A DNA stretch of 64,000 bases from a virus. Taxonomy: Duplodnaviria; Caudoviricetes. This document shows positions 15,624 through 27,165 of the stretch, one piece after another. Each line of letters begins with the position of its first letter. Positions within the stretch are counted from its first letter, which is position 1. The DNA is taken from positions 897 through 64,896 of the IMG/VR virus record IMGVR_UViG_3300042562_001138, one strand, 5' to 3'. The position numbers were made by a program, and so were the translations under genes. Below the pieces are notes generated by a model. The model was given only the letters and a program-made list of their open reading frames with translations, had not been told where the DNA came from and ran no database searches.

Positions 15624-18295
15624 GTACTACCGTTGTACACCTGTAAAAAATTGGTTGTTGTATTTCTTATTTGAAAACCTGCGCTAACATTAGTTAACGC
15701 ATCTCTTTCGGCAGTAGTCATTGGTACATACATAAACCAATTTCCATTGCCTGTATTGTTTAAAAATCCTAAAGGGTCTGTTAATCTCGCAGGATTGTTA
15801 TTAATAGCATCGGCAACCGTACCACTACTTACGCTAATGTGTGAATTACCTTTTGAAAATCGGCAATTTTTCCACTCTACATTATTTGCAGGTATTGTAC
15901 GAATATCACTCCTACCATTAGGATTTATAAATGTTACATTGTTTATTTTAACATTCGTTGATGCTACATTTGTAAACACTAAAACATCCGTAGTTGCACT
16001 AGCATTAGTTGCTTCAATTGTACAATCTCTAATTTCAACTAAACCAGCATAATTATTAGCGGCAAAATTTGTTTGATTAGCAAAAGCCATATAACCACCT
16101 TTGATTATATTCCAACCTGCTGAACCGCCAAAACTGGCGCACAAATAACCAGTCGTAATAAATGTACAGTTGATTAAGATAATGTTTGGTATATTGTAAA
16201 ACGTATGAGTTGCCAAACTTGGAGTGTGTATTATGTTACAATGCCTAGCTGTAAATTGCTGAAAGTTAGCTGTACCATTGTTATTTCTAGTACTTCTTAT
16301 TTCACAAAAATCAAATATTCTACCGTTACCAATTGCTATATCCCCAAAGTCGCAATACGAACTTCTAAAATTAGTTGCACATGGGTAATTTGTGTAACCC
16401 TTAATAAAATTTGTGATAGCTCCTAATTGAAACCCTCTTGTTGTAACATTGAAACAAGTTCCTGTTCCTGCTAAACCATTTGGATATAAATTTGCAGAGT
16501 CTGTTACGCCATCAGGTATTACTGTACCATTAAACATTAAACCAGTCACTGCTACACAAGTGCTTGACGACCTCGCTAATTGTATAAATATTCTAAAAAT
16601 ACAATTATCATCGTTATATAAAGTTCCTACTACGCTCAAAGTAGTGGTGATATTAATACCCTCTGAATTTAAATTTACACCTAAAAAATAAGCAGTTTTA
16701 CCACTTGCTATATTAAAAGCGTTTCCACTATTAATATTTATACTATTAACAGTTGTTTTAAATCCATTTCCAATCCAAACTATACTTGGTATGGCAAACA
16801 TAATACCACTACCATTATTAACGTAAGTGATACTAGTTTCATCCGCAAATTGATGTAAAACATCGCCATCAACCCAATTTAATCTAACTTGTGATAATGT
16901 AGTGTAATACTCCTGCGTACCGTTAGATTTTATTAACGTATATCTAGTTCCCCCATACACCTTAGATTTATCAACTTTAGCAAATAAATCACTAACAACA
17001 CCCATATTATTTTTATACTTCCAAAATAAATCTAGGGAAGTATTATCTAATAAAGGCGCAATGCTATTATTAACCATTTCGGCATCATCCACCGATGTGT
17101 TAAAAATCTGCGCAAACTGTGTTAACGATTGGTTTCCTGTTGTTTTAAGTCTTAAACTATTGACAAAAGACAAATCGCTATCACTTGGTATCGTTAACGT
17201 TCTGTTTGTTGCGCTTGGAATTGATAGGTTTGTATTTGCTAAGTTAGTATCGGGTTTAGTATCAACATAATTTTTAGTTGCAACATCTTGATTACTTGTT
17301 GGGTCTGTTACGTTAACAATCTTATTGTTATTCATATCTAAAACACCGCCCTCTATATCAACCGCATCTCCTGTTCCACTTATTTTTCTAAACCTTGCAG
17401 TTTGTCCGTTACCTGTTTTATTAACTGTTAATGTAGGATTACCTCCGTCAGTATGGAATATTATTTTTTCAACCGTTCCCGCCAACCATCTTAACACTCT
17501 ATTACCAGTACCCATGTTGTAATCTCTAGTGCTATCACTTTGGGTAAGGTTATTCGTTGCTAAGTTTTCGGAAATAATAGTTATATTTCCTGAACCTAAT
17601 AAACTATCCCCGTTTAAGGTTTTTATATTTGTGCCTGATACTAAAGTGTTTTGTTTACCATCTAAACCTATTTTTAATAAGTTAACCGTTGGGTATTTAG
17701 TTGTACTTGTATCAATTACGCTATTCTCTTTATTTGCAAGTAATTCTCTATTGCTTAAATCAGTTACTAATCCCGTTATTTTACTTTGTGGTAATTCGGG
17801 AATATCATTTACGTTAATTGTGTAACTAACTGCATTTGTTATTCTACCTTTTGCATCAATAGTTAACGAAGCTAAATTGTAAGTACCTGCTGTTACACCT
17901 GTTGAAGCTAAGATTAAAGCACCTGTATTCTGTAATGTAGCATCACCACTTAATGCTCTCGCAGTAGCGTTACCCAAAGTATCACCAATAAAAATAAATC
18001 CACTAGGTAAAGTAAATGAACCATCTTTCGCTAATTGTATAATATCGTTAACTGTTCGCCCTTGTAAAAAGTTTGCATCCAATCCACTACCATCTCCATC
18101 TACCTTACGCAATTCGTTAAGTAGCTCTAATGGAAATTGTGTAACCATACGCCATTGCTGACTATTACTATCATACGATTTTATCCTTTCGTAAAAAGGT
18201 AAATTCATATTGGAAGTATCCTCCCATAAAACTTCTCGGTTATCAGGAGCGTTTACACCCCTAGCTAACGCTATTGCAGGTACATTTATTGCCAT
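15596..18295 (-). CDS. Tail fibre/spike protein
   Basis: DGDGSGLDA, TGVTAGTY...DAKGRIT, LVSGTNIKTLNG and DVATKNYVD fibre motifs; N/G/T-rich beta-helix-like distal half; C-terminal MTTAERDAL...YNGSTW. Confidence 0.85.
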   Translation of the reverse strand: MAINVPAIALARGVNAPDNREVLWEDTSNMNLPFYERIKSYDSNSQQWRMVTQFPLELLNELRKVDGDGSGLDANFLQGRTVNDIIQLAKDGSFTLPSGFIFIGDTLGNATARALSGDATLQNTGALILASTGVTAGTYNLASLTIDAKGRITNAVSYTINVNDIPELPQSKITGLVTDLSNRELLANKENSVIDTSTTKYPTVNLLKIGLDGKQNTLVSGTNIKTLNGDSLLGSGNITIISENLATNNLTQSDSTRDYNMGTGNRVLRWLAGTVEKIIFHTDGGNPTLTVNKTGNGQTARFRKISGTGDAVDIEGGVLDMNNNKIVNVTDPTSNQDVATKNYVDTKPDTNLANTNLSIPSATNRTLTIPSDSDLSFVNSLRLKTTGNQSLTQFAQIFNTSVDDAEMVNNSIAPLLDNTSLDLFWKYKNNMGVVSDLFAKVDKSKVYGGTRYTLIKSNGTQEYYTTLSQVRLNWVDGDVLHQFADETSITYVNNGSGIMFAIPSIVWIGNGFKTTVNSININSGNAFNIASGKTAYFLGVNLNSEGINITTTLSVVGTLYNDDNCIFRIFIQLARSSSTCVAVTGLMFNGTVIPDGVTDSANLYPNGLAGTGTCFNVTTRGFQLGAITNFIKGYTNYPCATNFRSSYCDFGDIAIGNGRIFDFCEIRSTRNNNGTANFQQFTARHCNIIHTPSLATHTFYNIPNIILINCTFITTGYLCASFGGSAGWNIIKGGYMAFANQTNFAANNYAGLVEIRDCTIEATNASATTDVLVFTNVASTNVKINNVTFINPNGRSDIRTIPANNVEWKNCRFSKGNSHISVSSGTVADAINNNPARLTDPLGFLNNTGNGNWFMYVPMTTAERDALTNVSAGFQIRNTTTNFLQVYNGSTWKDLLDLT

Positions 18296-18936
18296 TACGA
18301 ATAAGTATATGTTGCTCTATCATCCCAAACTTTATCAAAATTACTATTACCACTTGCAAAAGTAGTAGTAGTTAATGCACCGGCTACAACTACTCGTTTT
18401 ATCTTCCATGCAGGAGTACCGTTTAATGTTCCTGGTAAAGCAAAACCTTCATACGTTGTTCCGGCTACTGGTACATCTACTCTTAATTTCTCTACTTGAC
18501 TAGCGTCTACTGTTAATACAGCAGGTAGGATTTGTATAGATTGGCTTTGGTATAATTGTGCATTGAACTTTTGTACAGTAGAATTAATAACTGTAAAAGC
18601 ACTTGCGCTTAAATTAACATTTTCCTTACCTACAATAGTTAATTTATAAACGAATTTAACACCATTTTTATCTAAATCAACAACACCTTTAATTGTACTT
18701 GCTACTTCATCAACAGCAGTAATTTGCGCTTCTAATGCAGTTATAGTAGTTGCGAAGTTTGTTGTAAATGCCTGTGAGATGGATACACCATTTAGCGTAA
18801 AAGCTAAAGTATCTCCCGAAACTAATTCGGAAGTAAATAAAATATCCCATTTACTTACACCTAATCTAATTCCACTATCTACAACAGTTCCATTTAAGTC
18901 CTGTCCTATTCTCCAAAATTGCTCTGAATTTATCAT
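18295..18936 (-). CDS. Tail-associated structural protein
   Basis: C-terminal PAWKIKRV...FDKVWDDRATYTYS motif; coupled to the fibre gene. Confidence 0.6.
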   Translation of the reverse strand: MINSEQFWRIGQDLNGTVVDSGIRLGVSKWDILFTSELVSGDTLAFTLNGVSISQAFTTNFATTITALEAQITAVDEVASTIKGVVDLDKNGVKFVYKLTIVGKENVNLSASAFTVINSTVQKFNAQLYQSQSIQILPAVLTVDASQVEKLRVDVPVAGTTYEGFALPGTLNGTPAWKIKRVVVAGALTTTTFASGNSNFDKVWDDRATYTYS

Positions 18937-18983
18937 AATTTATTTTTTATAAATTTCGGTTATAAAGTTACTAATTTTTTTTG

Positions 18984-21900
18984 TTATTTATCTTCTTTTG
19001 CTTTTTGCATTGGATTTAATCTTTCAAAATTACCATCTTTAACTTTGTAATTATTTTTAATTACTTTTTTAATAGTACCTAGAAATTCAGAAGGAACACC
19101 TTTACCATATCTAATACTTAAAAAATAAAGTATATCAGCAGTTGTTTCTAAAGGTCTATTATACCCTGCTTCAAACATAGATTTAGCAATAGCGTAATCA
19201 GTAGATACTTTTCTTTTCTCTTCTGCATCATAAACGTATGGACTAACTATATCAGTAGAAGCTTCTGCTACATCAAGTAATGTTTTAAATCCACCACCTA
19301 ATTCTTTCCAGTTACCAAAGAAAACATTTTCACCTGAATATTCTCTATTAAATGCAGTCTTATATAGTGTTTTTCCTGCTGGATCTAATACGGTTGTACC
19401 CATAAAATCGGATACACCTGATGGAGATACACCACCTGCTAAAACATCAACAGCAGATCTTAACATAATTCTATAAGCATATTCTGATAAATAAGTAGTG
19501 TTATTCCAATTATCTACAAAGCTTTTTCTTTTATCTTCTGGATTTTCTAATTTTCTACCCGTAAGTTTTTTCGCTCCTTCTTTTAAATTATCATCCCATA
19601 AATCTTTAAGTAATTCTTTTGAAGCTTGGAAAGCTACAACAGAACCTACATAACCCATTAAATTTAATATAGCTATTTCCTTATCCTTCCTTGTTGCAGT
19701 TGGGTCAGTTAAATCTAAAATAGCATTTTGCGCTCCAACAGCTGCATTTACAGCCATTGATTTAAATTGATAGAATAATTGTGCAACCATACCTTGGTCG
19801 GTAAACATACCACCTTGTTTGGCTACATCAGATTCGTTGTTAATAAATCCTGCAATTCTATCAGCTTTATAAGTATTTTCTAAATCCTTATTTTCTTTTA
19901 AGGTATAAATATCAGGAAACATACCTAATTTAAGTTTACTAGTATCACCTTTTTTAATTTGTTTTTTCTGTTCTTTAATCATTGCACCAATGTATGTAAC
20001 AGTATTAGAAAATAAATCGGGGTGAGTTAGTATTAAGCTACCTATATTTAAACCTTGATTTATTGGGTTTAATAACCATTTTTGTATTCCTTGGTAAAAT
20101 CTATTATCAGTTAAATCATAAGTGCTTAATTTACTAACCATTTGCGAAAACTGTTCGTCACCTAAATTAGCTCTATTTGATGTATCAGAACCTGATAATA
20201 ATTCTGTTAAATTTTCTCTGCCCTCAACTGTACCTACATTACCTAAAAACACACCTAATCCATTAAAGAAATCTATACCTAATCTAGATGCAGAATGAAC
20301 TAAAATAGCAAGTTGTTTTAAAACTTGTCCTGTTCTTGCTAAATACGCTAATTTCACATTGCTTATTAAATCCCTTACAAAACGAATATGTCTTTTATTA
20401 ATATTTAAACTAGTACGTTGATTAGCTAAAATAGAATTTGCGTATCGAGATACTCTTTCTTTAAAGATGTTATACAAATCATCATTATTTGCAAATACTT
20501 CCTGGAACTGTTTAGAATTTATAAAACTAGATAACTCTAACCTCGCTCCTCTTGTTTGTACATCAATGTAACTTTCAAACACTCTTCGTTTACTTACGTT
20601 ATAAAAGTCAAAATCTAAAACTTCTTTTACATTTAATGGATTTTGAACTCTTGCTAATACTGTTCCTGATTGTGCATCAATTATACCTGATGTATTATTG
20701 AAGTTAGGATCTAAAATATTTTTTTCAGATTTACCAGTATCCATTCTTAAATAAGAAATAGAAGTGTAATTGTTTTCTTCTAAAAACTCTTTATCACCAT
20801 AAGCTACGTTAGAATCAATAAGTAAAGGTTTTATTTTTTCATATTCACCCCTTGTTAAATCGTAAACAGCTTTTTGTTCTTTATTTAATAAATCACCATT
20901 ATCATAAGCATCTAACAATTCTTGATACGTATCATACTTACTAATATCATTTAAAGCTTCTTGGTATAATTCAGCTCTTTGTTTAGCTGCTTTTTGCGTA
21001 GAGTATGTTACACCAGAAGTTACTTGTGATTTCTGTATTAATCTATCTATATCTAATTTAATCTTTTCCTTTTTTCTTTCAAATAATACTTGCGCTTCTA
21101 TATCACTTATATCTTTAGGAGAAGATAATAAATATGCTTTTACACCTAGATTGTAGTTATCTATGTTTCTTAATTCAAATTGTGCAAGCTTCTTTAATTT
21201 CTTAGCGTATTTAGTAAATTCTGTTTTAGCTTCATTTACGCCATTAAACAAACTTTTAAACATAATAGCACCTATTGTATCAGCTTCTTGCCCTACAAAC
21301 ATTCTTTCGATTAATCTATGGAAACCAACTAGTTCGTTGCCTTTACCAAATATAGGGTCGCCATCAGGAGAAAACAAAGCGTTTTTTAACCTACCGCTAA
21401 AAGTCCTTAGCTTTGACATCATCTTAGGTTGATTTTCAATAGCTTTTTTTATCCCGGTTAACTCTGCTGTTAAATTACCTAATTGACTTGAACTATTAAA
21501 TATTTCCAATTCATTAGCAACCTTTATAATTTCTTTTAATTGTCTATCCTCTAAATCTTTTAAGTGATTGTTATCTACTAAAAACTTTAATGTGTCTTTT
21601 AACTTAGATATATTCTGAATATTTAAAGGAGATAAACTTGTGTTTAACTGAAAATCTAATATTGATTGAATGTTGAAAACAGTTAAAGTTTCTAGTTTTT
21701 TTCTTTTCTCTTCCTTTCTTTTCTCTCTAGCTTCTTCATCTAATTCTTTTTTCGCTTCTTTTTCTTCTAACAACTGTTTTTCAGTAGGGTATATAAATTG
21801 TTTATATTCATCTAAAGTAATAGTAGTGTTAGGATTATCCCTTTTAAATAACTCAAACATCTTTTCTATTAACGCTTCTTCTTTAGCTATATTATAATCC

Positions 21901-24900
21901 TCAATAGATTTGTTAAATTCATCTAATTTAGCTTGATTATAGTTTAAATTATCTTTACCTGACAAGTATTCTTTTACATCTTCTAAAAGGCTTATTAAAT
22001 CATTTTTTAAACCTTGCTCTGTTATCTGACTTCCGTTTAAATTAATTAATTCCCTAATGTATTCTTTTTGTTTTATTTGCTTTAAGTTTTTACTAGAACG
22101 TTTTAACATTCTTTGCATTTCACTTATTTTGCTATTTAAAGTAATATCAACAGCTTTGTTTACTATTTGATCTATTTTAATTGTCAAATCATAAATACCA
22201 CTAATGTTACTTAAATTAGCCTTTTCAAATACACTTGTTATTTGTTGTAATTGTTGTTGGCTAAATTTCAATCCTTTAGTGTTAGCTTTTACTAATGCGT
22301 TTAATATAGTATTCTTTAATGTTACAGCCTGTTGCTTATCTTTTAAAATTAAATCAGATAACTGGTTAAATAAAGATTTTATATTTCCTCCTCCTTTTGT
22401 AATAAAATCACTTACAGAACCTTCAAATTTTTCCATTCTCTTCTCCCTAGAAGCTTCTGTTTTTTGTAATCTTTTATAAACATTTTCAGCAAACGTTTTA
22501 GCATCTATAATACCAGACTTTTCCGCTAATTTCTCAATAGATTTTTGAGTAGGTAAACTAGTCATACTGTTTTTATATAAATATTTTATCCTAGCTTCAA
22601 TAGATTGTTTTATTTTACTTTGTTGTAATTTAGTTAAAGGATTTTTTAAATCTGCTTTTTGTTTTAAATCAGTAACAGCGTTAGTTAAGTTTTGAATAAT
22701 ATCGTTTACTTCTTGCGCTGTTTTACCTTTTAATATATCACTATTTTTAAATTTTACAATAGCCTTATTAAACCCATCAATAAAGGTAGCACTTGATTTT
22801 AATGTAGCACTTAATGCTTTTAAAAATGCTTTAGCAATTAATGGCTCTACACCAAATATAGTAGCGTAACTGTTTTTACCTATATTATCTACTGCCTTAT
22901 CTATCTTACTAGCAATATCTCTTAGTATTTCGGAAGAGTTTTTTTTGTTTGAGGTTAAAGCCGATTCTAATTGTGCAACATCCTTTTTAGTTGCATTCAT
23001 ATTCAACTCCTCTTTTATCTTACCTATATTTTCCTTTATCTCTGTATTTAACCTATTAGTTGCATCCTTTACAGAATACAATCCATTTGATACACCTTTA
23101 GCGTATCTTTCTGTTAACGCCTTTACAGTAGGTGAAGTAGATAGTATTCTATCGTATAAAGTTTCAGGTTCCAATCCTAATTGTGCAGCATCCTCACTTA
23201 ATGAATCAATATTCGATTGTCCTGTTTTGGTTAATGCAGTTTTTAATTCTACTTTAGCTTTTAATTGTACATCTGCTTCTTTTGTTTTTTTATTATCTTG
23301 ATAACTTTTATCATCTGTAAAAATAGATTCAACTGCTTCTACTAATGCAGGATTAGTACCATCTTTTTTTACTTTGTGGTATTCTTGAGCTACTGATTTT
23401 GTACTAGGAAAAGAAGAAGGTAAGTTGTTTATGTCTTTTTGATTTTCTGAAATTTCTTTTATAATTGATCCATCAATAACTATAAGCTCATTTCTTTGGC
23501 GACTTACCACATCCTCTTTGAGTAAGATACCTTTAATACCAAGGTCTAATAATGGTTTTATCTCTTCAAAACTTAGCCCTTTATTAGAGTTTATACCGTT
23601 TTCTTCTAAAAACGCTTCAAATTCTTCCGCTGTGTCAAAATAAACTAAACCTTCGTTTTCTATATCAACAAACAAAGCATTTTGTTGCTCTCTTCCAAAT
23701 CTACCTACTGTACTCCAATCTTCACTACTAAAGTAAGCACCTGGTACGTTAGAATCATTATCTAATTTATTAAAATTAAAACCTTCTTTTAATATGCTTT
23801 TTTTATCTTTAGAATTTCTTACTAAATGTTTTAAGGTTATTTTTTTTGGTAAAAATTTTAATGAAGAAGGTTTTTTAACATTCCCCATTTTATTACCTTT
23901 TCTAGCTAACTTTTGTAACCCCTCTATTGCTGCACCTGAATCAAAAGTATAACCTTTGTCTAAATTAAATAATTTTTGTAAATCTATAAACTCTGGTTCG
24001 TTTTCTTGCTCGTATTTATCTAAAGCTTTTGTTGTTTCTTCAATAGATGATAAGGCTTTTTGCTTATTATCTACAAAAGTTTTAGTGGCATTTTTTACCT
24101 CTGGCATTTTAACGAGAACAGATGTTTGTTCAGCTGTAAGTCCAATTCTTTTTACTACTTCATAAACACTGTCTTGATTTTGAATAGGCACACTATTACC
24201 TATAATAGATAACACGCCCACTTGATTAGGATTGCTTTTTAGCTCCTCTGTTAAACTTTCGTTTAAACTAGATAATCCAAACAACTCTAACTCTTTTGGT
24301 TTGCTTAAATCTAAGTTATCTTTTAACGTAGGATTAGCTTTTACCAATTCAACAGCATCAATTGTTTTATCGGTATCCTCTAACTTGTTTTTTAATTCTC
24401 CTATCTTGTAAGCTTCTTGTAAACTATTTGCTTTTACAAAGTTTACATCAACACTTGAAGTACCATCTTCCAATGCAGTTGCTACACGTTTGGTACCGTT
24501 TATAACAAATAACTCATTTGTTTCAGCATCTTGCCAAACATCAATTACTCCTGCTTTTGCTCTATCAAATGTTTCCGAAATTGGTTTAGCTTCTTCTACT
24601 ACTAATTGTTCTACTGGTACTCTTAATTGTGTACCCTCCTCAACTTTTTCAGTTACAGTAGTTACTATTCCTTCATCTGTCTTTACGCTTTCTCCTACGT
24701 AGGTTTCAGGTACACTTCCTTCGTCCTCTCCTTTTAACAACTTTAAATCATCATCCATTTCCTTTTTGGTAACGTATGGCGAATCACTAGGTGCTAACTC
24801 TTCCGTTTCCTGTACAGTACGTTTAAGCGTTAATTCATCTTCTGTTAATGGTTTGTAATTTAATTTCTCACGTAAAACTATTTCTTGTTCTACTGTCATA

Positions 24901-27161
24901 TTACTTGCTCTTAATTGCCCTCCTTTACCATCAGGATATACTCTATCAGATTTTGTTTCTGCTTCTGCTTTTAAACTAGCTATAACATCGTCTGGATCAA
25001 TACCCATTTCTGACATTACAGATTCCATTTGTTTTACGGTTTCTGAATTAGGATTTATAGCTTTAGCTGTTTCATAAGAACCTACCATTAAAACCTTTGC
25101 GTGTTTACCCATAGACATCATACCCATTGTAAACGTTAACGACCACTTCTCTAATCCCTCTTCTTTCGTTTTCCCAAATGTATTATCAAATGTTTCTTGG
25201 CTTATACCTGTTTTAGTAAACTCATGAAACAAATCCCCTGCGTATTCCTCTACGGTAACACCAGTAGCACCAATTAAAGATTTCGTGAAGAAATTAACGA
25301 TTGGATTTAACGGTTTTAATTTACCAAATACTTTATTAAATGCTAATTGTGCTGCCTCCTCTGCACTACCCATAGCAAAACTTGTTTGGTCGCTTGCTAA
25401 TTCAAAATTAACACCTGAAATTATTACATCAGCAATAGCTTTAAATTTCTTGCTTTTATCATACAATTCAAATACTTTAGGTAAAACGCCTGCACCTTTT
25501 ACTATTGTGCCTATTCCACCTGTTAAAAAAGTTGTTGCTGCTATATTTGCTCCCAATACAGTTGAAGTACCTAATACACCACCAAATTTTTCTGGGTAAG
25601 TATAAGCCAATTCTTTATCTGCATCTTTTAAATTAATCCCTACTGATTTTAGTTTTTCATTTAATATTCTAGCTTGATTTTTTTCAGATGTTGAAGTCAT
25701 ATTAAATTCGCCTAATATAGTTTCGTTAAAACCTTGTTTCACATCACTAAGCACCTCTAATAATCGTTCTGTTTTTTTAAAAGGCATCTGATAATAAGAA
25801 TCGTTTTTATCGTACCTAGCCACCTTCTTTGTAATATCTTCATTTAAAAACAAAGCATTGCTTAATGCTAATACTTCTGCTTTAGCTAAATTACGTTCTC
25901 TATCTAAGTTACTTAATGCTTCGTTTTGTTTAGCTGTTAAAGATATACCTTTTTCGCGTGAAGTATCTCTAATACCTCTCGCTTCTTTCTCTAAGTAGTT
26001 TAACTTATATGTAGCATCCTCCAATGCGCCTTTTAACTTCATATAATCATTGTTATACTTTGAAGTAAAGCTTTCTTGTGTTACTTGCTTATCGGTATCT
26101 TTATTTATTACGTTTGATAATTCATCAAACAATCTATTGTTGTTTCCTCTTATCTTATCTACTTCTTTAGATAGTCTTTGGGATTCTTTTAAGTCTTTCT
26201 CAAATTGTGCAACCTCCTTTGGATTAATTACCATTGAACCATCCTCGCCTTGCTTTTGTACAAATGATTTTTCTTTATAGGAATTTAACCTATCCATTAC
26301 ACTTGAATATTCATCAACAACCTTTCTTTGGTTATCATCTAAATCCATTAAGCTAAATGAAAGATTTTTATTCTTCTCAAAGCTCATTTCTTTAGCCTTA
26401 TTCAATAATTCTATATTCTGTGTATATGCAGTTATATCTTTAAAATCCTTTGGTGCAGGAGCGTATTTAGTGATTAAATCTAACGAGGATTCTAAATCCT
26501 TACGCTTAAATTCTGTAACCTTATCGTTTAAATATTTCTTTTGCGCTTTTTCTAGTTCCTCTTCCGTTAAGTTATATTTTTCAGCTAACCTTTGTCCGCC
26601 ATCAAACATAGTTAACTCATTATCGCCCTCAAATATTGCTTTTAAATCCTCTTGTGGAATAGCTTTTAACTTGCGTTGTGTATCTAACTCTGGCTTAATT
26701 TCTTTTGCTTGGGATTGTATTTCCTTTGCTTTTGATTTTTCCTCAATATTAGGCATGAACGTTTCACCCACAGAAATAGCTTCTTGCTTTGCCTGTGCCT
26801 TTTTTTCTTCCTTTGTAGCTACACCTTTAAAGGCTTGCTCGGTTTCCTTATCAACATCCCAGTTAATGTTTGATGATTTTTGTTTCCTAGCTAAAGCCTT
26901 TTTTTCTTCTAAACTAAGTGGTTTTGTAGTACCCGAAGATTGTTCTTTCTTCGTTTCGCTTGTACCCGAAGAAGATTCTTCCGTACTCGAACCCGATTGA
27001 GATTGGCTTTTTTTTTTATCCTCCTCTTGGGATAATTTTAAAGCTCTCGCTATTCGTTCCTCTTTTGTTAACGTTTTAGGGGTTTCATCTTGTAAGATTT
27101 CCTCCGATTGGGATAACTCTAAAGCTTTTGCAATTCGCTCTTCTCTTGTTAATTCAGGCAT
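18984..27161 (-). CDS. Giant internal virion / DNA-ejection protein with ParB-like and ADP-ribosyltransferase-like domains
   Basis: 2725 aa, largely helical, after the nozzle and pilot genes. GVIDVWQD...FVINGTKR (ParB/Srx-like, ~24370-24640); LKH...GF...GAYFS...NELIVID (ART-like, ~23460-23845). Confidence 0.7.
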   Translation of the reverse strand: MPELTREERIAKALELSQSEEILQDETPKTLTKEERIARALKLSQEEDKKKSQSQSGSSTEESSSGTSETKKEQSSGTTKPLSLEEKKALARKQKSSNINWDVDKETEQAFKGVATKEEKKAQAKQEAISVGETFMPNIEEKSKAKEIQSQAKEIKPELDTQRKLKAIPQEDLKAIFEGDNELTMFDGGQRLAEKYNLTEEELEKAQKKYLNDKVTEFKRKDLESSLDLITKYAPAPKDFKDITAYTQNIELLNKAKEMSFEKNKNLSFSLMDLDDNQRKVVDEYSSVMDRLNSYKEKSFVQKQGEDGSMVINPKEVAQFEKDLKESQRLSKEVDKIRGNNNRLFDELSNVINKDTDKQVTQESFTSKYNNDYMKLKGALEDATYKLNYLEKEARGIRDTSREKGISLTAKQNEALSNLDRERNLAKAEVLALSNALFLNEDITKKVARYDKNDSYYQMPFKKTERLLEVLSDVKQGFNETILGEFNMTSTSEKNQARILNEKLKSVGINLKDADKELAYTYPEKFGGVLGTSTVLGANIAATTFLTGGIGTIVKGAGVLPKVFELYDKSKKFKAIADVIISGVNFELASDQTSFAMGSAEEAAQLAFNKVFGKLKPLNPIVNFFTKSLIGATGVTVEEYAGDLFHEFTKTGISQETFDNTFGKTKEEGLEKWSLTFTMGMMSMGKHAKVLMVGSYETAKAINPNSETVKQMESVMSEMGIDPDDVIASLKAEAETKSDRVYPDGKGGQLRASNMTVEQEIVLREKLNYKPLTEDELTLKRTVQETEELAPSDSPYVTKKEMDDDLKLLKGEDEGSVPETYVGESVKTDEGIVTTVTEKVEEGTQLRVPVEQLVVEEAKPISETFDRAKAGVIDVWQDAETNELFVINGTKRVATALEDGTSSVDVNFVKANSLQEAYKIGELKNKLEDTDKTIDAVELVKANPTLKDNLDLSKPKELELFGLSSLNESLTEELKSNPNQVGVLSIIGNSVPIQNQDSVYEVVKRIGLTAEQTSVLVKMPEVKNATKTFVDNKQKALSSIEETTKALDKYEQENEPEFIDLQKLFNLDKGYTFDSGAAIEGLQKLARKGNKMGNVKKPSSLKFLPKKITLKHLVRNSKDKKSILKEGFNFNKLDNDSNVPGAYFSSEDWSTVGRFGREQQNALFVDIENEGLVYFDTAEEFEAFLEENGINSNKGLSFEEIKPLLDLGIKGILLKEDVVSRQRNELIVIDGSIIKEISENQKDINNLPSSFPSTKSVAQEYHKVKKDGTNPALVEAVESIFTDDKSYQDNKKTKEADVQLKAKVELKTALTKTGQSNIDSLSEDAAQLGLEPETLYDRILSTSPTVKALTERYAKGVSNGLYSVKDATNRLNTEIKENIGKIKEELNMNATKKDVAQLESALTSNKKNSSEILRDIASKIDKAVDNIGKNSYATIFGVEPLIAKAFLKALSATLKSSATFIDGFNKAIVKFKNSDILKGKTAQEVNDIIQNLTNAVTDLKQKADLKNPLTKLQQSKIKQSIEARIKYLYKNSMTSLPTQKSIEKLAEKSGIIDAKTFAENVYKRLQKTEASREKRMEKFEGSVSDFITKGGGNIKSLFNQLSDLILKDKQQAVTLKNTILNALVKANTKGLKFSQQQLQQITSVFEKANLSNISGIYDLTIKIDQIVNKAVDITLNSKISEMQRMLKRSSKNLKQIKQKEYIRELINLNGSQITEQGLKNDLISLLEDVKEYLSGKDNLNYNQAKLDEFNKSIEDYNIAKEEALIEKMFELFKRDNPNTTITLDEYKQFIYPTEKQLLEEKEAKKELDEEAREKRKEEKRKKLETLTVFNIQSILDFQLNTSLSPLNIQNISKLKDTLKFLVDNNHLKDLEDRQLKEIIKVANELEIFNSSSQLGNLTAELTGIKKAIENQPKMMSKLRTFSGRLKNALFSPDGDPIFGKGNELVGFHRLIERMFVGQEADTIGAIMFKSLFNGVNEAKTEFTKYAKKLKKLAQFELRNIDNYNLGVKAYLLSSPKDISDIEAQVLFERKKEKIKLDIDRLIQKSQVTSGVTYSTQKAAKQRAELYQEALNDISKYDTYQELLDAYDNGDLLNKEQKAVYDLTRGEYEKIKPLLIDSNVAYGDKEFLEENNYTSISYLRMDTGKSEKNILDPNFNNTSGIIDAQSGTVLARVQNPLNVKEVLDFDFYNVSKRRVFESYIDVQTRGARLELSSFINSKQFQEVFANNDDLYNIFKERVSRYANSILANQRTSLNINKRHIRFVRDLISNVKLAYLARTGQVLKQLAILVHSASRLGIDFFNGLGVFLGNVGTVEGRENLTELLSGSDTSNRANLGDEQFSQMVSKLSTYDLTDNRFYQGIQKWLLNPINQGLNIGSLILTHPDLFSNTVTYIGAMIKEQKKQIKKGDTSKLKLGMFPDIYTLKENKDLENTYKADRIAGFINNESDVAKQGGMFTDQGMVAQLFYQFKSMAVNAAVGAQNAILDLTDPTATRKDKEIAILNLMGYVGSVVAFQASKELLKDLWDDNLKEGAKKLTGRKLENPEDKRKSFVDNWNNTTYLSEYAYRIMLRSAVDVLAGGVSPSGVSDFMGTTVLDPAGKTLYKTAFNREYSGENVFFGNWKELGGGFKTLLDVAEASTDIVSPYVYDAEEKRKVSTDYAIAKSMFEAGYNRPLETTADILYFLSIRYGKGVPSEFLGTIKKVIKNNYKVKDGNFERLNPMQKAKEDK

Positions 27162-27165
27162 AGTA

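Noticed and set aside
15596-18295. Diversity-generating retroelement or invertible tail-fibre cassette
   Set aside because: No reverse transcriptase, template repeat or flanking inverted repeats seen by eye; a dot plot would be needed to exclude this fully.
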